From Alphaproteobacteria bacterium (GTDB lineage: Bacteria > Pseudomonadota > Alphaproteobacteria > SP197), in NCBI GenBank assembly GCA_965228895.1, contig OZ245842.1, forward strand, positions 1,120,001 through 1,184,000: DNA of 64,000 bases, given 5' to 3'. The position numbers and the translations under genes were made by a program. This document shows positions 9,677 through 15,620 of this stretch, one piece after another (position 1 is the stretch's first letter; the number at the start of each line of letters is the position of its first letter). The notes below the pieces were generated by a model that worked only from the letters and a program-made list of their open reading frames with translations, ran no database searches and was not told the DNA's origin.

Positions 9677-9817
9677 GTCACAGGGGGTCGATCGCCTGGT
9701 TGATCTGTCGTGAGCGGCGTCTTGATTGCGCCCCGCCTAACCAATCGATCCACACGAATGCGTTGCAGCTAGCCCTTTTGCGTGCCGAACACCCCATCTC
9801 GGTGCCGTTCTAGCCGA

Positions 9818-9846
9818 TTGATGAGACCGGTTTGGCAGGTTAGCGT
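9818..9846 (+). promoter_or_regulatory. Predicted sigma70-type promoter of repeat protein B
   Basis: TTGATG-N17-TAGCGT; duplicate of the 8284-8312 architecture. Confidence 0.6.
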
Positions 9847-9892
9847 ATGGGTGGGCACTGGGAGCATGGTGCCCGGTCTTTAGGGGGTATCG

Positions 9893-10765
9893 ATGTCCAA
9901 GCCATCAAATGGCCGGAAAAACGGTCGCGTTGTTGAGACGACAGAGAAATCAAAGCAAGGCACGAACGCCTTGGCGCCGAGCGACCGACGCGGCCTGTTG
10001 TCGCGGGTTGGTGCTGGCCTGGCCGTAGCGCTCGGTGGGTCGCTGACAAAGTTGGTGGCGCCATCATCCGCGTATGCTCAGGAATATACGGGCCTGAACG
10101 ACAACGACTCCGGCAGCGGTCAAGATGCCGCGGGCTACGGCACCGGCTACACCGGTGTCACCGACAACGACCAGGGTGCCTACCAAGACGCCGAAGGTTA
10201 CGGCGGCAGCAGCGGCGATGGTTATACCGGGTTGAGCGACAACGACGCGGGCAACAATCAGGACGCACAGGGCTACGGCACCGGCTACACCGGTGTCACC
10301 GACAACGATCAGGGCAGCTATCAGGATGCCGAGGGTTATGGCGGTAGTAGCGGCGATGGTTATACCGGGTTGAGCGACAACGATTCCGGCAACAACCAGG
10401 ACGCACAGGGCTACGGCACCGGCTACACCGGCATCACCGACAACGATCAGGGCAGCTATCAGGATGCCGAGGGTTATGGCGGTAGTAGCGGCGATGGCTA
10501 TACCGGGTTGAGCGACAACGATTCCGGCAACAACCAGGACGCACAGGGCTACGGCACCGGCTACACCGGCATCACCGACAACGATCAGGGCAGCTATCAA
10601 GATGGCGAGGGGTACGGCACTGGTGGCAGTGGCGGTTATACCGGCCTGAACGACAATGATTCCGGCAACAACCAAGACCAAGCGGGCTACGGCACCGGCT
10701 ACACGGGCATAAGCGACAACGACAAAGGCACCTACCAGGATGCCGAAGGTTATGGCGGCGGCTGA
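9893..10765 (+). CDS. Twin-arginine-leader acidic repeat protein B (290 aa, 10 repeats), paralog of A
   Basis: RBS AGGGGG; shares PSDRRGLLSRVGAGLA[LV]ALGG with A; AYA cleavage site; 10 repeats of the same core. Confidence 0.9.
   Translation: MSKPSNGRKNGRVVETTEKSKQGTNALAPSDRRGLLSRVGAGLAVALGGSLTKLVAPSSAYAQEYTGLNDNDSGSGQDAAGYGTGYTGVTDNDQGAYQDAEGYGGSSGDGYTGLSDNDAGNNQDAQGYGTGYTGVTDNDQGSYQDAEGYGGSSGDGYTGLSDNDSGNNQDAQGYGTGYTGITDNDQGSYQDAEGYGGSSGDGYTGLSDNDSGNNQDAQGYGTGYTGITDNDQGSYQDGEGYGTGGSGGYTGLNDNDSGNNQDQAGYGTGYTGISDNDKGTYQDAEGYGGG
10085..10762 (+). repeat. Coding tandem repeat, 10 units alternating 21 and 25 aa (138-bp super-unit)
   Basis: Alternating ...GYGTG and ...GYGGSSGDG linkers visible in the translation; the DNA repeats at a 138-bp period. 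Confidence 0.95.
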
Positions 10766-10807
10766 TCGTCTGATTGGCGTTTGATAAAACGAAACATTCT
10801 CTGCGAG

Positions 10808-10832
10808 GTGGCACCGGTAAGGTGCCACGTTT
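10808..10832 (+). terminator. Stem-loop between repeat protein B and the JmjC gene (weak terminator or mRNA stabiliser)
   Basis: GTGGCACC-GGTAA-GGTGCCAC followed by GTTT; the U-tract is short. Confidence 0.45.
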
Positions 10833-10856
10833 GACCGGTGTGTTAGGCCGTCTGCA

Positions 10857-12044
10857 ATGACCGACACGTTACATTTCTCGCGACCTGCGGATGCCGTCGA
10901 CTACCTGCTGGCGCCCTGTCCGATCGCGCGGTTTACCGACGAGGTCTATGAGCGTACGCCGTTGATCATCCGGCGCGAGGAGCCGAGCCGCTATCGGGAT
11001 TTGCTGTCGATCGAAGCGATTGACCGCCTGGTCGCTGAGGTCGAACTGCGTGGCGATACGCTTCAGATCGTGCGCGCGAAGCCAAGAATCGCGCCACGCG
11101 ACTACACGCTCTCCAACGGCATCGTCGATCCCATCCGGTTGGCGGACTTCTACGCGGACGGCGCGACGATCATCCTGAACCAGTTGCAGCGCCTGCACGC
11201 CCCGCTGGACCGTCTGACACGGGCGTTGGAGGCTGCGTTCAGCGCGCAGTTCCAGACCAATGTCTATCTGACGCCGGCGACCGGGCAGGGCTTCCCGGTG
11301 CATTTCGACAACCACGATGTCATCGTCCTGCAGGTCGAAGGCAGCAAGGCATGGCGTCTCTATGAAGCGCCGATCCACCTGGTCTATCGCGGCGAGCGAT
11401 TCGAACCCGGCGCCTATGATCCCGGCGAAACGACCGACAGTTTCACGCTCAACGCCGGCGACGCGCTCTATATTCCGCGCGGCCAAATGCACGAGGCGGC
11501 CGGTAACGAGCATGGCCCCTCGCTTCACATCACCGTCGGCATCATCACCAAGACGTGGACCGACCTGATCCTGGAAGCGGTTGCCGGCGTCGCGCTCGAC
11601 GATCCGGACTTCCGGCGCAGTCTGCCGCTCGGGTTCGCTCATGCCAGTGCCGATCTCGACGCGATGCGCACGACATTCGACGACTTGATGGCCAGACTAG
11701 CTGACAACGCCACGATGGACCCCGCGCTGGCGGTTCTGCGCGACGACTTTGTCCGCCGACGCCGGCCCCATATCGACGGCGCGGTTCTGGCGCCACGTCC
11801 GCCGGTCGAGGCGACCACACGGCTCGTCGCACGGCCCAGCCTGGTGTGGCGCTTGGCTCAGGATGAGAAGGGGTTGGAGCTGTTGGCCAACGGGCGCACG
11901 CTGCGATTTCCCGCTGAAGACCGCGACGCGTTGGAATTGGCGCTGTCCGGTGAGCCGTTTACGGCCGGCGACCTACCAAACAAGCGAGCGCTTGAGCTCG
12001 CCCGTCACCTCGTCAACAGTGTTCTCGTGACGCCAGTGGCCTAA
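10857..12044 (+). CDS. JmjC/Cupin_4 2-oxoglutarate-Fe(II) oxygenase (YcfD/RoxA/NO66-like)
   Basis: NVYLTP...GFPVHFDNHDVIVLQVEGSKAWRLY...GDALYIPRGQMHEA gives the HxD...H Fe triad and the 2OG-binding Lys; helical region plus C-terminal winged-helix-like domain as in ROX enzymes. Confidence 0.92.
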   Translation: MTDTLHFSRPADAVDYLLAPCPIARFTDEVYERTPLIIRREEPSRYRDLLSIEAIDRLVAEVELRGDTLQIVRAKPRIAPRDYTLSNGIVDPIRLADFYADGATIILNQLQRLHAPLDRLTRALEAAFSAQFQTNVYLTPATGQGFPVHFDNHDVIVLQVEGSKAWRLYEAPIHLVYRGERFEPGAYDPGETTDSFTLNAGDALYIPRGQMHEAAGNEHGPSLHITVGIITKTWTDLILEAVAGVALDDPDFRRSLPLGFAHASADLDAMRTTFDDLMARLADNATMDPALAVLRDDFVRRRRPHIDGAVLAPRPPVEATTRLVARPSLVWRLAQDEKGLELLANGRTLRFPAEDRDALELALSGEPFTAGDLPNKRALELARHLVNSVLVTPVA

Positions 12045-12047
12045 ACC

Positions 12048-12908
12048 TTACCGGCCGGCGGTACCCGTGCCGCCGGACCATGTGGCGTCGCCGCCTTCGA
12101 AGTAGTAGGCGCTTTGCTCGTCGCTGATGCGTTGCCAGGCGGCGATCGCTTCGGGCGTCAGATCCCCCTGAGGCCGGGGCATCGGTTGAAAGTGGCCGTC
12201 TTTGTCGTGGCCGCGGACCACGGTAGCGTAGTCGCGGTCGCCCTTTGTCTGGCGCGCGCTGGGCGCGAGGAAACGCATGGCAAGACCGATGCGTCGCTGG
12301 TCGGACCGGTTGGGTTCGGAGGCATGCAGCGTCAGGCCGTGATGGATCGACATCTCGCCTGCCTTTAGCGGGCCGGCGATCGCTTGTGACTCATCAATAC
12401 CGTCGCGCACAGTCTGTCCACGGGTCAGCAGGTTGGTGTCGGCATGGGTGTCGACGTGTTCCAACAGGCCGCGTTGGTGGGACCCAGGCAGAAATCGCAT
12501 GCAACCCATTTCGCCGGTCGCCGGTGACAGCGCCAGCCAGGCGGTGAAGCTCTCCAAAGGCTCGATGCCCATGTAGCGGAGATCCTGGTGCCAGCTTATG
12601 TAGCCCGGTGTGTTCGGCTCTTTGATGATGAGGTCGCTGTCCCACAGCAGAATGTCGGGACCAATCAACGACTCCATGACGTCGACGACACGGGCGTCGT
12701 GGACCAGGTCATCGACTGGCGTGAAGACAACGTGCGCGGCAGTCCGGCGGAACTCAGCGAGCGGCAGGTCGTCGGGGGCATCCCGTTCGATCGTTTCCAG
12801 GCGTTCGCGCATGCGCGCCGCGTCGGTTTCATCCAACACGTCGACAGGCGCCAGAAATCCGTCACGCGCGAAGCTTTCGGTTTGTTCGGTTGAGAGGGAT
12901 CCCGTCAT
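12048..12908 (-). CDS. PhyH-family 2OG-Fe(II) dioxygenase
   Basis: IKEP...SWHQD...WLALS...CMRFLPGSH...HASEPNRSDQRRIG motifs. Confidence 0.92.
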   Translation of the reverse strand: MTGSLSTEQTESFARDGFLAPVDVLDETDAARMRERLETIERDAPDDLPLAEFRRTAAHVVFTPVDDLVHDARVVDVMESLIGPDILLWDSDLIIKEPNTPGYISWHQDLRYMGIEPLESFTAWLALSPATGEMGCMRFLPGSHQRGLLEHVDTHADTNLLTRGQTVRDGIDESQAIAGPLKAGEMSIHHGLTLHASEPNRSDQRRIGLAMRFLAPSARQTKGDRDYATVVRGHDKDGHFQPMPRPQGDLTPEAIAAWQRISDEQSAYYFEGGDATWSGGTGTAGR

Positions 12909-12926
12909 GGCCGGAACCTCGTGCGG

Positions 12927-14258
12927 TTAGACGGCTGGTCCAAGCTGCAGCGGAGAGCCGTCGAAGAAGCGATTATAGCGGAATGGGTCGAGATCAACGC
13001 AGGTCGGCGCGTCCGTCACCATTTCCGAAACCAAACGTCCAGCACCCGGACCAATGCCGAAGCCATGGCCGCTGAAGCCGGTCGCGACGTAAAACCCCGG
13101 AATGTCGTCGATCGGCGAAATCACGGGAATGGCGTCTGGCGTGACATCGATCAGACCGGCCCAGGTGTGGTCGATCCGGACGTCTTCCATCACCGGAAAC
13201 GCCTGTTTCAGGTTGGCGAAGGTTTCGTCAATGATGGAGCGATCGGGCTTGGGTTCCAGGATGCGGGTGGACTCAAAGGGCGACGGCGTATCCAGCGTCC
13301 AGTAGCGCTGCGTGAAGAGCTCGCGCCAGAAGCGGCTACCGAATCGCATTCTGACGGCGTCGCGCTCTTCCTTCAGCGCCGGCAGGAATTTGCGGAAGTA
13401 GCGGAAGGCGTCGGGCACCAGGTCGAACTGGTTCAAGGCGCCGTGGGCGACCGTGTAACCGCCGTCGACCCGGCGGCGAACGGCGACCGGTTCGGACCAG
13501 AACGCGCCGTCGGTCACGTTGGGCGCCGCCGTCGTGCGCAGCACATTGTTCTGCACCTTCAACTGCGGCAGGGTCAGACCTTCGCGGCCGCACAGCAGCG
13601 ACGACCAGGCGCCGCCGGCCAAGACGACCCGCTCGCAGGCAACGCGTCCTTGTTCGGTCACCACACCGACGACCTGCCCGGCTTCGATATCGAGACCACG
13701 CACGGCGCAGTTGGTCACCACATGGGCGCCGATCCTTGCTGCCGCGCGGGCAATGGCCGGGGCCGCCTTCATCGGTTCGGCCCGGCCGTCGCTCGGGGTC
13801 GTCATGGCGCCTGCCCACTCGCCGGCCAGATCCGGCATCTTCTGCTTCAGCTCGGCAGCCGACAGAAGGTGGGTATCCAACTGGTACTGCTTGGCAAGCT
13901 CGTGCCATGTCTCGTACTGCGCCAGGCCCTTCTCGGTCTCGGTCGCGTAGACGACGCCGCCCTGAAAAAAGCCGGTGCTGTCGCCGATCTCCTGGTCCAG
14001 GCCGCGCCAGATGCGCAGCGATTCCATGATCAGCGGGATTTCCTGGTGCGCGCGACCCTGCTGACGCACGAAACCCCAGTTGCGGCTGGATTGCTCGCCA
14101 CCGATCACACCCTTTTCGCACAGCAGGACGGAGACGCCTTTTTTGGCGAGGAAATAGGTCGCCGACGTGCCGATGATACCGCCGCCGATCACCACCACAT
14201 CCACCTTGGCCGGAAGCTTGCTGCTTTCCGGACCCGGATCCACCTGAACCATCACCAC
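12927..14258 (-). CDS. FAD-dependent oxidoreductase, DAO / amino-acid deaminase family
   Basis: VVIGGGIIG Rossmann motif, GEQSSRNWGFVRQQGR, GFSGHGFGIGPGAG. Confidence 0.93.
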   Translation of the reverse strand: MVMVQVDPGPESSKLPAKVDVVVIGGGIIGTSATYFLAKKGVSVLLCEKGVIGGEQSSRNWGFVRQQGRAHQEIPLIMESLRIWRGLDQEIGDSTGFFQGGVVYATETEKGLAQYETWHELAKQYQLDTHLLSAAELKQKMPDLAGEWAGAMTTPSDGRAEPMKAAPAIARAAARIGAHVVTNCAVRGLDIEAGQVVGVVTEQGRVACERVVLAGGAWSSLLCGREGLTLPQLKVQNNVLRTTAAPNVTDGAFWSEPVAVRRRVDGGYTVAHGALNQFDLVPDAFRYFRKFLPALKEERDAVRMRFGSRFWRELFTQRYWTLDTPSPFESTRILEPKPDRSIIDETFANLKQAFPVMEDVRIDHTWAGLIDVTPDAIPVISPIDDIPGFYVATGFSGHGFGIGPGAGRLVSEMVTDAPTCVDLDPFRYNRFFDGSPLQLGPAV

Positions 14259-14345
14259 CCCGCGCTGAACGTGAACGAGCCGCGCCTATCTTTCTCGATC
14301 CGGGATCGACAAAGCAAGGTTTCCCTTAAGGATTCGTAGCGTGGT

Positions 14346-14579
14346 TCAGCGCCCGTCCAGCATGTGGCGGAGTTCGTCGTCTTCGGGGAAACGGTGATCG
14401 GCGAACTTGGAGAACAGCAGATCGTCGCCGACGGTGATCTCAAACGAGCCGGAGCGGCCGCCCTCGATCGTCACCTCGGCGCCGTAGGTCTCTTCGAGCA
14501 GGCTTCTCGCACGGAGCGCCCTGGGCTCATAGTTTCACTGTACGCAGTATTCGATATGAACCTTGATCGGTTCGCTCAT
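14346..14579 (-). CDS. Rdx family (SelT/SelW/SelH) selenoprotein, 77 aa, CxxU motif
   Basis: Hand translation from ATG 14579 (RBS GAGAGG): MSEPIKVHIEYCVQ-TGA-NYEPRALRARSLLEETYGAEVTIEGGRSGSFEITVGDDLLFSKFADHRFPEDDELRHMLDGR*. The TGA at 14537-14535 falls on the second redox position; the GxFEI and FSK...RFP motifs follow in frame. Confidence 0.88.
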
Positions 14580-14737
14580 CGCGACCTCTCTTCCAACCAC
14601 ATTATCCATTTGACCATACATGGCCGCCAATAACTAGGATGTGGGCTCCTTAACCTGAAGCCAAAGCCGGATGCAGCGGTTCGCTCGAGCGACTGCTATT
14701 GCCGTTTGGGTAGGGACTATGGCGGCTTGGGCGACAA

Positions 14738-15139
14738 TCACGATGGAGCGGCGTCTATCATCTCGATCAACTGAATGAGATTTCCGCAAGTGTCATCGAA
14801 AACCGCCATGCGAACAGGACCTGCATCCATCGGTTCCTGAACAAACTCTACGCCCTGCTCGCCCAACCTTTTCCGCTCTGCATCAAGGTTCTTAACCTGA
14901 AAAGAGTGCGCGGGAATGCCATCGGAAACCAGCGCATCTTTGTAGGGTTTCACTGCCGGATGATCGCTTGGCTCAAGTAGCAACTCCGTTCCTTCGGGGT
15001 CTTCGTTGGATACGACCGTCAGCCAGCGATTTTCACCCAATGGAATATTGTTCTTCACCGTGAATCCGAGGACATCAGTATAGAATTTCTCTGCTTTGTC
15101 TTGGTTATCGACAAAGATGTTAGTCACATAGATTTTCAT
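14738..15139 (-). CDS. VOC/glyoxalase family protein
   Basis: IFVDNQDKAEKFYTDVLGF...RWLTVVS...AVFDDTCGNLIQL. Confidence 0.92.
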   Translation of the reverse strand: MKIYVTNIFVDNQDKAEKFYTDVLGFTVKNNIPLGENRWLTVVSNEDPEGTELLLEPSDHPAVKPYKDALVSDGIPAHSFQVKNLDAERKRLGEQGVEFVQEPMDAGPVRMAVFDDTCGNLIQLIEMIDAAPS

Positions 15140-15444
15140 GTGTTTTTTCCGCTTCGTTTGTATCTACTGAGCCACGATGCAGCTGCGAGATGATCTTCGT
15201 TGATGGTCAACGAATGTGCTTTCGTTCGCCCCTTCCATGATGTTTCGATCAATCCGGCTTTCTCCAAGACATCGAGATGCTGAGAAACCGTCTGACGGGA
15301 CAAGGCAACACCATCCTCCGCGACTGATGCGGCGCATACCTCAAACAATGACTGACCTGGCTGCTGACTCAGACGGTCGATGATGCGACGTCGGGTGCTG
15401 TCAGAGAGAGCCTTGAAGATGAGGTCAAGCTGATCATCTGTCAC
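15136..15444 (-). CDS. ArsR/SmtB-family transcriptional regulator
   Basis: FKALSDSTRRRII...LSRQTVSQHLDVLEKAGLI; 4-nt overlap with the VOC gene. Confidence 0.92.
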   Translation of the reverse strand: MTDDQLDLIFKALSDSTRRRIIDRLSQQPGQSLFEVCAASVAEDGVALSRQTVSQHLDVLEKAGLIETSWKGRTKAHSLTINEDHLAAASWLSRYKRSGKNT

Positions 15445-15449
15445 GATGA

Positions 15450-15479
15450 CCTATATGCAGTAATTTTACTGCATGTCAA
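15450..15479 (-). promoter_or_regulatory. Promoter with palindromic operator for the arsR-VOC operon
   Basis: Minus strand TTGACA (15479-15474), N18, TATAGG (15455-15450); perfect inverted repeat ATGCAGTAA-TT-TTACTGCAT at 15455-15474. Confidence 0.75.
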
Positions 15480-15620
15480 ATCTGATCGAAAAGCGATCAC
15501 CTGACCAGAGCAGTGCAATGTCAGCAAAGTCCGCGCTGCCGACCTACAACGTCAATTGATCAGCCTCGGATGGTTTGCCGAAAGCAGTCATCCACTCTTG
15601 GTCGTTTGTGAGTACACACC

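Noticed and set aside
8555-10762. Possible CRISPR array or non-coding repeat
   Set aside because: Unit lengths are multiples of 3, variation is largely synonymous, there are no unique spacers and no cas genes. The repeats are protein-coding.
8555-10762. RTX / type I secretion calcium repeats
   Set aside because: No GGxGxDxLx nonapeptide period, an N-terminal Tat-like leader is present, and there are no T1SS genes nearby.
8544-10867. Alternative-frame and antisense ORFs over the repeats (8544-9098, 8795-9577, 10064-10867)
   Set aside because: Shadows of a GC-rich repeat lacking stop codons; no RBS or signal features.
14252-14633. ORF-track calls 14252-14443 (-) and 14364-14633 (+)
   Set aside because: Better explained as shadows of the UGA-containing Rdx gene at 14346-14579.
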